The notes: a model not told the origin generated them from the sequence alone. A stretch of DNA of 22,556 nt from Nitrospinota bacterium (GCA_038108555.1 JAYNIA010000042.1:1279-23834), one strand, 5' to 3'. Shown: positions 1-9,222, counted from the first letter of the stretch. Program-made: numbers and translations.

Positions 1-611
1 ACATGCATTACAGGTCGGAAAATACCCGCCATGTATTTAAAGAACCCAGGGAATAAAGTGATAAACGTGAAGAGAAGAACACCACCAAGAATAGCCGTCC
101 ATGAATAAGCGGTCAGACTAACTTTCATCAGGTCATGAGCCAAGCGATCATATTTCGCAGCCATAACCGGATCTTCGTCTTTAACGCGAATTCCGATAAA
201 CTCGATGATCATACAGAAGATCGGTACCGCCAATACAAAACTACCGAAGTAGAGATGCTGCTGATTTGCCACCCAAATAATAATTCGGCTGGGCGCAAAC
301 TCATATGTATTGTAGTCCTTTTGTGTATCTAAATCCGGTGCCGGAAAACCGCTTACCGGCCCTTTTAGTGGATTACCCTCCCAGTCCTTATAGAAAACGT
401 CCTGGCTCCACTCAATTTCCGGCTCGCCTTCACCTTCAGCAGCTTCTTCCGCCTGAACTTCCTTGGCAAAAGCCTCCTCAGCGAAGACCTGTTCTGCAAA
501 TGCCTCTTTGGCATCGGCAATTCCGGTCATTCCCGGCATCAGATAAATGGCCAATGCCATCACCAATCCCAGTGATAATGCCCCGATACTACGAGTGTTT
601 TTCCCCAACAT
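1..611 (-). CDS. Cytochrome bd-like oxidase subunit I (CydA-like) with N-terminal extension; partial, runs off the left edge
   Basis: Hand translation from ATG at 611 (SD AAGGAGG at 626-620) is open to position 1: MLGKNTRSIGALSLGLVMALAIYLMPG...SRIIIWVANQQHLYFGSFVLAVPIFCMIIEFIG...KYDRLAHDLMKVSLTAYSWTAILGGVLLFTF. The SR..H..F..E first helix and YDRLA second helix match the CydA subunit I pattern seen in Nitrospira/Nitrospina bd-like oxidases. Confidence 0.85.
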   Translation of the reverse strand, partial: MLGKNTRSIGALSLGLVMALAIYLMPGMTGIADAKEAFAEQVFAEEAFAKEVQAEEAAEGEGEPEIEWSQDVFYKDWEGNPLKGPVSGFPAPDLDTQKDYNTYEFAPSRIIIWVANQQHLYFGSFVLAVPIFCMIIEFIGIRVKDEDPVMAAKYDRLAHDLMKVSLTAYSWTAILGGVLLFTFITLFPGFFKYMAGIFRPVMH

Positions 612-914
612 AGCTTTAACCTCCTTTTGGATCTGATCAGGATCCGTTGCTAGTAATACAAAACTTGATTAGGTACCTATATATATAAACTCACTTAAAC
701 TTGTTTCCGTTTCCACAGGTCCAAAAAAATTGGCAACCAGCAGAAAACTCGTCATCCAGAACCCCTCCAGGTGACGGGCCATCTTTACAATTGCTTTAAA
801 ACGCAAATAAAATAAAACCAACAAAGTCCGTAACTTACGCATTTATAAGGGTTTTCAAACACCCTTAAATGGACCCCTTTTTGGCGCACAAGTGCCCAAA
901 ATGATGGTGATTAG

Positions 915-943
915 ATCATAGCCTTCACTATGTGTCAAGTCAA
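915..943 (-). promoter_or_regulatory. Sigma70-type promoter upstream of the bd-like oxidase
   Basis: Minus strand reads TTGACT-N17-TATGAT (-35 at 943-938, -10 at 920-915). Confidence 0.6.
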
Positions 944-990
944 AATCGACCCTCGCAGCCCTTAAAATATAATGTTTTTTAGGATTTTTT

Positions 991-2280
991 TCAGGGTTCC
1001 TGCATCCGTAATTTCACAGAATTTGCATGCCCTCCCAAATCCTCCATTTCAGCCAACAATGTTACAGTTTTGCCACAATTTTGAAGAGCCTCCCGATTAT
1101 AGGAAATCAAACTGGTACGCTTGATAAAATCATAAACTCCCAGGGGAGAAGAGAACCGGGCCGTTCCACTCGTCGGCAATACGTGATTGGGGCCTGCAAG
1201 ATAATCCCCCATGGCCTCCGGGGTATAGTGCCCCAGAAAGATGGCCCCCGCATTTTGTATCTTCCCGGCCCATTCTTCAGGATTTTCCAGAGAAAGCTCC
1301 AGATGTTCCGGGGCAATTTTATTGGCTAGATCCACGGCGTCCTGAAGAGACTCGGTCACCAGCAAATAACAATTGTTTTTCAAGGAAACTTCCGCAATTG
1401 CTTTCTTGTCCAGTTCGTTTACCTGCTTCTCCAGCTCCATTTTTACGGCTTCCACCAAACCTTCTTCGGGTGTCACCAGAACCGGAACGGCATCTTCATC
1501 ATGCTCCGCCTGAGAAAGAAGGTCAGCAGCCACATACGCCGGATTGGCAGAATGATCAGCCACAATCAATATTTCACTGGGACCAGCAATCATATCGATA
1601 TCCACAATTCCAAAAACCAACCGCTTTGCCAAAGCCACAAAGATATTTCCGGGCCCTACGATCTTGTCCACACGGGGAACGGTTTTTGTCCCGAACGCCA
1701 TGGCGGCTACTGCTTGCGCTCCACCCAGTTTATAGATCTCCGTTACCCCGGCTAAATCCGCAGCCACTAAAACATGCGGTCGCGTTTGCCCATCGGGAAA
1801 AGGCGAACACATGACAATTCTTTCCACTCCGGCCACCTTGGCGGGGATCGCATTCATAAGTACCGAAGAAGGATAAGAAGCCTTTCCTCCGGGAACATAA
1901 ATCCCTGCAACCTCCAAAGGCCGAACCTGTTGCCCCAAAGTGATCCCACCTTCTTCATAAGTCCAGGAGTCCTGCATTTGCCTTTCGTGAAACAAACGAA
2001 TTCTTTTCGCAGCCTCACCCAGAGCATCCAGCTCCTCCTGGTTCAACTCCTGATAAGCCGCTTTAATTTCTTCAGACGTGACACGGATTTTTTCCAGTGG
2101 CAGGTTATGGCGATCAAACTGGTGTGTCAGCCGCAGCACTTCTTCATCCCCTTTTTCTTTCACGTCATTCAATATTTTTCGAACCGTTTCGTCCTGAGTA
2201 AACAAATCCATATTGGACCGGTTCACTAAAGCATCGACTACCTTCGTATAATCCGGTTCTGAATATTTACTAATCTTCAT
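991..2280 (-). CDS. hisD: Histidinol dehydrogenase
   Basis: Motifs [64 protein letters not shown]. Confidence 0.97.
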   Translation of the reverse strand: MKISKYSEPDYTKVVDALVNRSNMDLFTQDETVRKILNDVKEKGDEEVLRLTHQFDRHNLPLEKIRVTSEEIKAAYQELNQEELDALGEAAKRIRLFHERQMQDSWTYEEGGITLGQQVRPLEVAGIYVPGGKASYPSSVLMNAIPAKVAGVERIVMCSPFPDGQTRPHVLVAADLAGVTEIYKLGGAQAVAAMAFGTKTVPRVDKIVGPGNIFVALAKRLVFGIVDIDMIAGPSEILIVADHSANPAYVAADLLSQAEHDEDAVPVLVTPEEGLVEAVKMELEKQVNELDKKAIAEVSLKNNCYLLVTESLQDAVDLANKIAPEHLELSLENPEEWAGKIQNAGAIFLGHYTPEAMGDYLAGPNHVLPTSGTARFSSPLGVYDFIKRTSLISYNREALQNCGKTVTLLAEMEDLGGHANSVKLRMQEP

Positions 2281-2298
2281 TTGAAAACCACACCTTTG

Positions 2299-2976
2299 CT
2301 AAATTGAAATTTTATCAAGAATATTTTTGGTCTTTCCACCCTCACCCAGGCCCGAATGCACAACAAGTCCCAAATGCGTTTTTAAAAATTTTAAGTCTTC
2401 GGGATAATCCACATCGTACCAAACCGGTAATAGATCCAGAGTAATATTATCCTTCTTTACAGTTTTTAAAGTTTCATCCAGAACATTTTCCGTGCCCCAG
2501 GAAACCCGGGAAAACACTTCAGAAATTTTTCCGGTCATGGCTATCAAATAATAACCGCCATCCGTACTAGGCCCCAACACCAATTCTTTTTCGGAAGCCA
2601 ACGCTTTTTTAATATACGCCACAGGCAAAGAAGGACTGTCCGAACCTATAATGACTACTTTTTTGTAACCCTCGGCAAACCGGTCGGCAAAAGCAGAACG
2701 CATCTTTTCCCCCAGGTCATCCCCCTTCTGAAAAAACAGCTTCATACCGGAACTCTCAGTTCCGCTAAAAAAACCCGAATGATTTTCAGGAAAGATTCCA
2801 ACGAAAGGATCAGCGCTGTCTACCTGAAGAATTTTTTCCAAACTATCTTCAACAAAGCAGGTATAGAGCCTTAGAATGGTTTTATCATCAAGAGAGGAAC
2901 TGAGACGGGTTTTCACCTGACCCAAAACAGGATCGCGTGCAAACAAGATCACCGCATTTTCTTTTATCTTTCCCAT
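2299..2976 (-). CDS. TIGR04282/DUF2064 family glycosyl/nucleotidyltransferase (CofC-like fold)
   Basis: FARDPVLGQVKTRL, QKGDDLGEKM, VIIGSDSP, LGPSTDGGYYLI, WYDVD motifs. Confidence 0.88.
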   Translation of the reverse strand: MGKIKENAVILFARDPVLGQVKTRLSSSLDDKTILRLYTCFVEDSLEKILQVDSADPFVGIFPENHSGFFSGTESSGMKLFFQKGDDLGEKMRSAFADRFAEGYKKVVIIGSDSPSLPVAYIKKALASEKELVLGPSTDGGYYLIAMTGKISEVFSRVSWGTENVLDETLKTVKKDNITLDLLPVWYDVDYPEDLKFLKTHLGLVVHSGLGEGGKTKNILDKISI

Positions 2977-3005
2977 TCACACCTTGCGCCTCCCCTTAAC
3001 GGGGG

Positions 3006-3034
3006 TTGACTCAATGGCCAAAGCCTCATAAAAT
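3006..3034 (+). promoter_or_regulatory. Sigma70-type promoter for the PAP2-waaC run
   Basis: TTGACT(3006-3011)-N17-TAAAAT(3029-3034). The ORF-track TTG start coincides with this -35 box. Confidence 0.6.
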
Positions 3035-3050
3035 TAACCAATTAACCCAT

Positions 3051-3617
3051 TTGCCTCTTTACGAAGGAACCCTCACCATCCTCGATTTCGACCTTTCGCT
3101 ATTCTACTGGATCAACCAGCATTTTCAATCCCGAATGATGGATAAGTTCATGCTGTTTGTCACCGTAAAGGAAAACTTCTACGTTCCTGCCATATTAAGT
3201 TTCGTTGCACTTATGACAACATACAAATGGCGGGGATTGGCTTTCATTATCGCTGCAGCTATTTCCATTGGCCTCGCAGATGCGATCGGTCATAATATTT
3301 TAAAAGAGGGAATTCAACGAATCCGTCCCTGCCATGTTCTTCCGCCAGACATCATTGGTGTAGTCAGTTGCTCCAACAGTTTTTCATTTCCTTCAAACCA
3401 TGCGGTGAACTCCTTTGCCGCAGCAACTCTCTTAAGCCTGTGTTTTCGCAATACCACCTTACTGGTTTTTGCATTGGCCCTGATCGTTTGTTACGCGAGA
3501 GTTTATTTAAGAGTGCATTATCCATCCGATGTTTTGGGAGGGATGATTTTTGGAAGTGTTATGGGCTACTTCGGTTACCTGATCTATGGCAGGATATTGA
3601 AATACATCAAACCTTGA
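3051..3617 (+). CDS. PAP2 family phosphatase (undecaprenyl-PP/lipid A phosphatase-like); start codon uncertain (3051 TTG, 3078 ATC or 3135 ATG)
   Basis: KEGIQRIRP, SFPSNHA and ARVYLRVHYPSDV are the three PAP2 motifs; several TM helices. Confidence 0.9.
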   Translation: MPLYEGTLTILDFDLSLFYWINQHFQSRMMDKFMLFVTVKENFYVPAILSFVALMTTYKWRGLAFIIAAAISIGLADAIGHNILKEGIQRIRPCHVLPPDIIGVVSCSNSFSFPSNHAVNSFAAATLLSLCFRNTTLLVFALALIVCYARVYLRVHYPSDVLGGMIFGSVMGYFGYLIYGRILKYIKP

Positions 3618-3630
3618 CCGTCCTTACGGA

Positions 3631-4698
3631 ATGAGCGCAACAAATCAAAAAAAATTCCTTATCATCAAGTTAAGTGCCTTGGGGGATGTTGTCCATGCCC
3701 TGCCCACCGCCAGCACCCTGCGCCAGGAAAACCCGGATGCTTTTATCGCATGGATCATTGAAGAGCGTTACCAGGAACTTCTGCAAAATAATCCAGATAT
3801 TAACGAAGTCATTCCCATTCGCACAAAAGTCTGGCGTAAAAACCTGAATACAGAAACCTTAAAAGAAGTTTGGCAAACTATTAAACGATTGCGCAAACAA
3901 AAATTTGATGTGGTTTTTGATTTACACGGCCTGGTAAAAAGCGGTGTCATTGCCTGGTTATGCAGAGCCCCGGTAAAATCCGGCTTCCACAGGAAAAACT
4001 GTAAAGAAAAAATAAGCGCGGTTTTTACCAACCAAAAAGCACCGTATATGGCCGGCGGAATTCATGTCGTTGACATGTACCTTGCTCAATTGCAATCTGC
4101 TTTGAAAATTAAAAACGAATTAAAGAATTTCCCTCTTCCTGAAATCAAGAACGAAAAAGTGGAAGATTTTTTTCAAAAAAATACAGACTTAACCAACAAA
4201 CCCGTCATTGGAATTAATTCGGGAGCCGGATTCGAAAGCAAACTTTGGGAACTGGAACGGTTTGCAAAATTAGCGGACCGCATTTCGGTCGAAATGAATT
4301 GCTCCATACTTTTGACATGGGGCCCCGGGGAAGAACAAAAAACACAACAGATTGCGGCATCCATGAAACAAAAATGCTGGATCGCCCCTCCCACCACAAT
4401 TCAGGAGTCCATAGCCCTTTACAAACACCTTGCACTACTGGTAAGTTGTGATTCGGGACCGCTCCACCTCTGTGCAGCGTTGGGCATCCCCACGATTTCT
4501 TTATTTGGACCCACGGACCCTGTGAGAAACGGAGCCTATGGGGCCAACAATGAAACCGTAAATAAATTGTTGTCCTGTAGTTTTTGCTGGAAAAGAAAAT
4601 GTCCGCTGGGAACCAACGATTGTATGAAACAGATTGCCGTGGAAGAAGTGTTTGAAGCAGTACAATCCAACCTTAAAAGAATTAATTTAGCGGAGTAA
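3631..4698 (+). CDS. waaC: Lipopolysaccharide heptosyltransferase I (GT9)
   Basis: LIIKLSALGDVVHALP, DLHGLVKS, SCDSGPLHL, SLFGPTDP. Confidence 0.8.
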   Translation: MSATNQKKFLIIKLSALGDVVHALPTASTLRQENPDAFIAWIIEERYQELLQNNPDINEVIPIRTKVWRKNLNTETLKEVWQTIKRLRKQKFDVVFDLHGLVKSGVIAWLCRAPVKSGFHRKNCKEKISAVFTNQKAPYMAGGIHVVDMYLAQLQSALKIKNELKNFPLPEIKNEKVEDFFQKNTDLTNKPVIGINSGAGFESKLWELERFAKLADRISVEMNCSILLTWGPGEEQKTQQIAASMKQKCWIAPPTTIQESIALYKHLALLVSCDSGPLHLCAALGIPTISLFGPTDPVRNGAYGANNETVNKLLSCSFCWKRKCPLGTNDCMKQIAVEEVFEAVQSNLKRINLAE

Positions 4699-4703
4699 CC
4701 CCT

Positions 4704-4874
4704 ATGGGAATTGATAAAGAGTTACTGGAGATTCTTGTTTGTCCTAAATGCAAAGGCGACCTTGTAATGGGAAAAAACGAAGAAAGTCTCGACTGCATAC
4801 CGTGTAGCGTGAGATTTCCCATTAGGGATGATATCCCCGTCATGCTTATCGACGAAGCCCTTCCCATGGAATAA
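4704..4874 (+). CDS. Trm112/YcaR family zinc-ribbon protein (56 aa; not in ORF track)
   Basis: Hand translation MGIDKELLEILVCPKCKGDLVMGKNEESLDCIPCSVRFPIRDDIPVMLIDEALPME; SD GGAG upstream; typical LPS-cluster location. Confidence 0.93.
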   Translation: MGIDKELLEILVCPKCKGDLVMGKNEESLDCIPCSVRFPIRDDIPVMLIDEALPME

Positions 4875-4949
4875 CGGGAACCAAGACACTTTATAACCTG
4901 CAATCGATACGTCCGGATCGACCATCTCTCCAAATCAATTTAAATAAGC

Positions 4950-6014
4950 ATGAAGAAGTTTTTACGATCCGTCGAATACCATATAAAAAATACCCTCTGG
5001 AAAATATTTGGCCTGTTCGCCAACAAAAATATTTCCCCGGCCCCCCTTCCCCTGGACTTTTCAAAAATCTCCAAAATACTCGTGGTTCGCTCTGACCGGC
5101 TCGGGGATGTGGTTTTATCAACACCGGTTTATGAGTCTTTAAAAACTTCTTTTCCACATTTGAAAATAACAGCTATGGTGAACCCCATCCAGGGGGGAAT
5201 CCTTGAAAACAATCCCAACCTGGACAAAATAATTTTAATGCGGCGCCGAAGGTTCTGGCGCGCCATTCGTGATTCCCGAAGGGAAAAGTTCGATCTCGCA
5301 ATCACCCTCAACAAAAAGTTCAGTGCAACCGCTACTTTTTTCACTCTCATGTCCAACGCAAAAATGTTAGCGGGTTATCTTCACCACCAAAACCCATGGA
5401 AGTACCACATCACTCTCCCCATTGAGACCCCTCCCAGGCATGAAATCGAAAACAACCTGGCGCTCCTGGAACATATGGGGATCCCAAAAATAATCTCACA
5501 GCCCAGGGTCTACTTTAACGATAAGGAAAACAAAAAGGTTTCTGAAATTTTGAATTCAGAAAAAAAAGAACGGCCGCTTCTTCTGGTTAAAACCGGTACA
5601 CGGATTGCCGAATGGGGTTGGCAGTTGGAAAAATTTCAGATCGTCATTGAACATATCCTGAAAAATAAAATAGCCGATATCTGGTTGATTAATGGGCCGG
5701 GAGAGGAAGAAGGTTTGAAATCGGATATTGCAAAAATGAAATACAAGCCCAGATTATTACCACTGATTAAAACAAAAGAACTTGCGCTTTTGATACAACA
5801 ATGCGATCTTCTTTTTTGTAACCACACGGGCATCATGCATTTGGCCACAGCAGTTGAAAAACCCGCGTGCGTTATATTCAAACATGGAGAAATCGAACGA
5901 TGGGGCCCACGGCATCCTCAAAGCATCGTTCTTGATGACCGCCATCAAGACAACCTTTCACCCGAAACTGTTATCCAAACTCTTGAAGAGTTTCTGAGAG
6001 ACAAGCACTCATGA
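4950..6014 (+). CDS. Glycosyltransferase family 9 (LPS core heptosyltransferase, WaaF/WaaQ-like)
   Basis: KILVVRSDRLGDVVLSTP and CNHTGIMHLATAVEKP GT9 motifs. Confidence 0.88.
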   Translation: MKKFLRSVEYHIKNTLWKIFGLFANKNISPAPLPLDFSKISKILVVRSDRLGDVVLSTPVYESLKTSFPHLKITAMVNPIQGGILENNPNLDKIILMRRRRFWRAIRDSRREKFDLAITLNKKFSATATFFTLMSNAKMLAGYLHHQNPWKYHITLPIETPPRHEIENNLALLEHMGIPKIISQPRVYFNDKENKKVSEILNSEKKERPLLLVKTGTRIAEWGWQLEKFQIVIEHILKNKIADIWLINGPGEEEGLKSDIAKMKYKPRLLPLIKTKELALLIQQCDLLFCNHTGIMHLATAVEKPACVIFKHGEIERWGPRHPQSIVLDDRHQDNLSPETVIQTLEEFLRDKHS

Positions 6015-7507
6015 ATACTGAAAAAATAACCGACGCCAAAAAATCGACCACCGCAACACCGGGATTGATTTTTGAAGAATCTGTCATTTTTGAATTGGGA
6101 TCTCCCGGACGAAAAGCCTATTCCCTTCCCGCCTGCGATGTTCCTGAGGTCGAATTGGAAACTCTGCTACCGACCGATGAAATTCGTGAACCCATTGAAG
6201 AACTTCCGGAATTGAGCGAACTCGATGTCGTTCGCCATTTCACCCGATTGTCGCAATGGAACTTCAGCATTGACACGAATTTTTATCCGCTGGGCTCATG
6301 CACTATGAAATACAACCCGAAAATAAATGAAACCCTGGCGCGCCTGCCGGGTTTTGCAGGACACCATCCGGTTTCATCAGATGAGGATTCCCAGGGAAGC
6401 CTGCAATTGATGTTTGAACTGCAGGAATGTCTGAAAGAGGTCAGTGGTATGGACCACGCCTGCCTGCAACCCGCAGCGGGAGCACAGGGTGAGTTTGCCG
6501 GTATGCTGATGATCCAGGCGTACCACGCAGCCCAGGGCAATCCCCGGAAAAAAGTTTTATTGCCCGATTCAGCACACGGCACAAACCCGGCCAGTGCCAC
6601 TCTTTGTGGATACAAATCGGTACAGATTCCCTCCAACCCGGAAGGGCTGATCGATATTGAAAAACTCGAAGCAGCTATGGATGAAGAAACCGCAGCCATC
6701 ATGCTGACCAACCCGAACACTCTGGGCATGTTTGAAAAAGATATTTTAAAAATCACCGAAATCGTACACAGCAAAGGCGGGCTGGTCTATTGTGACGGTG
6801 CCAATCTCAATGCGGTCATGGGAATCGTCAAGATGGGTAATATGGGAATCGATGTATTGCACATCAACCTCCACAAAACTTTTTCGACCCCTCATGGTGG
6901 AGGTGGACCGGGAGCCGGTCCGGTTTGCATCAAAGATATTCTTGAACCTTATCTTCCAAAACCCGTGGTGCAGAAACAGGGTCACAAATATGTTTTAAAC
7001 TATGACCGACCCAATAGCGTTGGCAAACTGAAAGTATTCAACGGTAATTTTGGAATGCTGCTGAGAGCCTATGTCTACATCCGGACGCTGGGTCCCGAAG
7101 GAATACTGGAAGCTGCACAATCAGCGGTCCTAAATGCAAACTACATCCGTGCAAGATTAAAAGATACGTTTCACCTTCCGTTTACCGGAGCCAGCCTGCA
7201 TGAATGTGTTTTCAATGACAAAGGCCAGGGTATCACCACCATGGACTTCGCTAAAGAACTCATCGATCATGGATTCCATCCCCCCACGGTTTATTTTCCG
7301 TTGATCGTAAAGGGAGCGTTGATGATCGAACCGACGGAAACGGAGTCGAAAGAAACCCTCGATATGTTTATCGAGGCCATGAAGTCCATCGCCAAAAAAG
7401 GTCAGGAAGATCCGGAAAGTTTTCACGCAGCCCCGCGCTTGCCAAAAGTATCTCGTCCCGACGAAGCTCACGCCGCACGCCAACCGGTTTTACGATGGAG
7501 ACGCTAA
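6011..7507 (+). CDS. gcvPB: Glycine dehydrogenase (decarboxylating) subunit 2, P protein beta
   Basis: YPLGSCTMKYNP, PDSAHGTNPASA, PLP-lysine motif HINLHKTFSTPHGGGGPG, MIEPTETESKETLD. Confidence 0.96.
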   Translation: MNTEKITDAKKSTTATPGLIFEESVIFELGSPGRKAYSLPACDVPEVELETLLPTDEIREPIEELPELSELDVVRHFTRLSQWNFSIDTNFYPLGSCTMKYNPKINETLARLPGFAGHHPVSSDEDSQGSLQLMFELQECLKEVSGMDHACLQPAAGAQGEFAGMLMIQAYHAAQGNPRKKVLLPDSAHGTNPASATLCGYKSVQIPSNPEGLIDIEKLEAAMDEETAAIMLTNPNTLGMFEKDILKITEIVHSKGGLVYCDGANLNAVMGIVKMGNMGIDVLHINLHKTFSTPHGGGGPGAGPVCIKDILEPYLPKPVVQKQGHKYVLNYDRPNSVGKLKVFNGNFGMLLRAYVYIRTLGPEGILEAAQSAVLNANYIRARLKDTFHLPFTGASLHECVFNDKGQGITTMDFAKELIDHGFHPPTVYFPLIVKGALMIEPTETESKETLDMFIEAMKSIAKKGQEDPESFHAAPRLPKVSRPDEAHAARQPVLRWRR

Positions 7508-7514
7508 AAAATAA

Positions 7515-7545
7515 CCCCCCTGATAAGGGGGGACTCAGGGGGGTT
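7515..7545 (+). repeat. Hairpin + G-tail repeat, copy 1
   Basis: CCCCCCT-GATA-AGGGGGG stem-loop, linker ACTCA, GGGGGG-TT tail. Confidence 0.8.
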
Positions 7546-7574
7546 TATGAACCCCAAAAAAATTAATTAAAAAC

Positions 7575-7602
7575 AACCCCCTCAATCCCCCTTGTCAGGG
7601 TG
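7575..7602 (-). repeat. Hairpin + G-tail repeat, copy 2 (inverted partner of copy 1)
   Basis: Reverse complement CACCCT-GACA-AGGGGG-ATTGA-GGGGG-TT closely matches copy 1. Confidence 0.8.
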
Positions 7603-7609
7603 AAGCAAA

Positions 7610-9157
7610 TTATCCATCAATAAACAATCCACGGACTAAAACCAGTACAGCAGTAGTCACTATACCCGCGCCAATGAGGTTGAGGATCAGTCCCGCTTTA
7701 GACATTTTCGGGATGCTCACCCAACCACTGCCAAAAACAATCGCGTTGGGCGGTGTCGCAACCGGCAGCATAAACGCAAACGAAGCTGCCAGGGTTGCAG
7801 GAACCATCAGATACAAAGGATGAATGCTGGCAGCAACTGCCGCCATACCAAGGATGGGAAGGATCATGGTGGTGGTTGCCGTGTTGGAAGTCAACTCGGT
7901 TAAAAAAGTAACACCAAGACAAATGGCCAGCACCGTCAACCACAACGGCCAATCAGCAACAGCAGAAAGGTGTGAGCCGATCCATTTATCCAGTCCGCTA
8001 ACTCCAAATCCTGAGGCCAGGGCGAAACCACCTCCAAACAAAATCAAAATGCCCCAAGGCGTTTTTGTCTTAACAGTATCCCAGTCCAACGCAAACCATT
8101 CCGTTTTGCCATTCAGGGTTAACCCTTGCGAACCGTTGACCGGAATCACCATCAATAACAATCCCATGCTCATAGCTACCGTAGAATCATTCAGAAACTT
8201 TTGATGGGAAAACAATTGCGACCACCCGGGAATTACAAAACCACCCAACTCGATGGGTCTTCTGAAAATCCATAGCAGGGCTGTGAGACAAAAAACCGTC
8301 GCGACAATTTTTTCTCCCCGGCTCATGGAACCCAGGGTTTGCAGCTCCTGTTGAATGATTCTGCCTTCACCTCCTTCAATTTGATGGATGGGAAAAGGCG
8401 AAACGAAACGGCAGAGATAAAACCAGGTGATGGGAATAAAAACCAGAACAATGGGAAGAGCCAAAGTCATCCATTGAAAAAAACTGATTTCGGGATTGTC
8501 TGGAAACAGTTTTTTATAGAATCCTGCAAACACAATATTCGGCGGCGTGCCAATGGGCGTTCCAACACCCCCGATGCTGGCTGAATAAGCGAGACCCAGC
8601 ATCAAAACCAGGCCCAATCCGTTTTCAATTCGGGTTTGCGATTCGGAAGTCTTCTCTCCATTTAAAGAAGCACTGGAAGCGATTTGCCTGACCACTGCCA
8701 TGGCTACCGGAAGCATCATCATCGTTGATGCGGTATTGGAAATCCACATCGACAAAAATGCAGTGGCGACCATGAATCCAAGGACAATTCGTTTCGGTTC
8801 CGTTCCCATTGCGGAGATGATCCACAACGCGAGCCGTTTGTGAAAATTCCATCGCTCCATCGCAAGAGCGATCATGAATCCGCCAAGGAATAAAAAGATG
8901 AGGTGATTGGCGTAATTGGGGGCAACCTGTTTGCTAGGCATGATGCCGAGAAGAGGAAACAAGGGAAGCGGCAACATGGCGGTCACGGCCAGTGAGGTTC
9001 CCTCCCCCACCCACCAGATTGCCATCAAGGCGACTACAGCAAGCATGCGTTGTGGACTATCCGTCATACCCCCCAGGGGTGGCATCAATAGGATGGCAAC
9101 AAACGCAAGAAGGCCTGCCGAAAGGACTACAATCTGTTTTTTGAATGGGCTTTCCAC
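7610..9157 (-). CDS. SLC13/DASS family sodium:dicarboxylate/sulfate symporter
   Basis: LSMWISNTASTMMMLP, GGVGTPIGTPPN, TELTSNTATT, AFMLPVATPPNAIVF; GTG start. Confidence 0.93.
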   Translation of the reverse strand: MESPFKKQIVVLSAGLLAFVAILLMPPLGGMTDSPQRMLAVVALMAIWWVGEGTSLAVTAMLPLPLFPLLGIMPSKQVAPNYANHLIFLFLGGFMIALAMERWNFHKRLALWIISAMGTEPKRIVLGFMVATAFLSMWISNTASTMMMLPVAMAVVRQIASSASLNGEKTSESQTRIENGLGLVLMLGLAYSASIGGVGTPIGTPPNIVFAGFYKKLFPDNPEISFFQWMTLALPIVLVFIPITWFYLCRFVSPFPIHQIEGGEGRIIQQELQTLGSMSRGEKIVATVFCLTALLWIFRRPIELGGFVIPGWSQLFSHQKFLNDSTVAMSMGLLLMVIPVNGSQGLTLNGKTEWFALDWDTVKTKTPWGILILFGGGFALASGFGVSGLDKWIGSHLSAVADWPLWLTVLAICLGVTFLTELTSNTATTTMILPILGMAAVAASIHPLYLMVPATLAASFAFMLPVATPPNAIVFGSGWVSIPKMSKAGLILNLIGAGIVTTAVLVLVRGLFIDG

Positions 9158-9222
9158 ATTGGGATGGTAACGCTTTGAGTGGAAGCAAACAAGTAGAGGA
9201 AAACAAGAAAATTTCTAATAAT

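Noticed and set aside
135..613. Plus-strand ORFs 135-332 and 305-613
   Set aside because: Antisense shadows of the minus-strand bd-like oxidase, which has a strong SD and recognisable motifs.
879..901. Possible sigma54 promoter (TGGCGC...TGC)
   Set aside because: GG-to-GC spacing is 9 rather than 10 on the + strand, and the TTGC element is absent on the - strand.
2977..3005. GGAGG-N6-GTG-TGA start-stop mini-ORF before the TIGR04282 ATG, and a CCCC-TTAAC-GGGG hairpin
   Set aside because: Too short to distinguish from chance. The hairpin lacks the mirror G-tail, so it was not counted as a sixth repeat copy.
4682..4933. Minus-strand ORFs 4682-4933 and 4722-4925
   Set aside because: The real gene here is the plus-strand Trm112 ORF 4704-4874.
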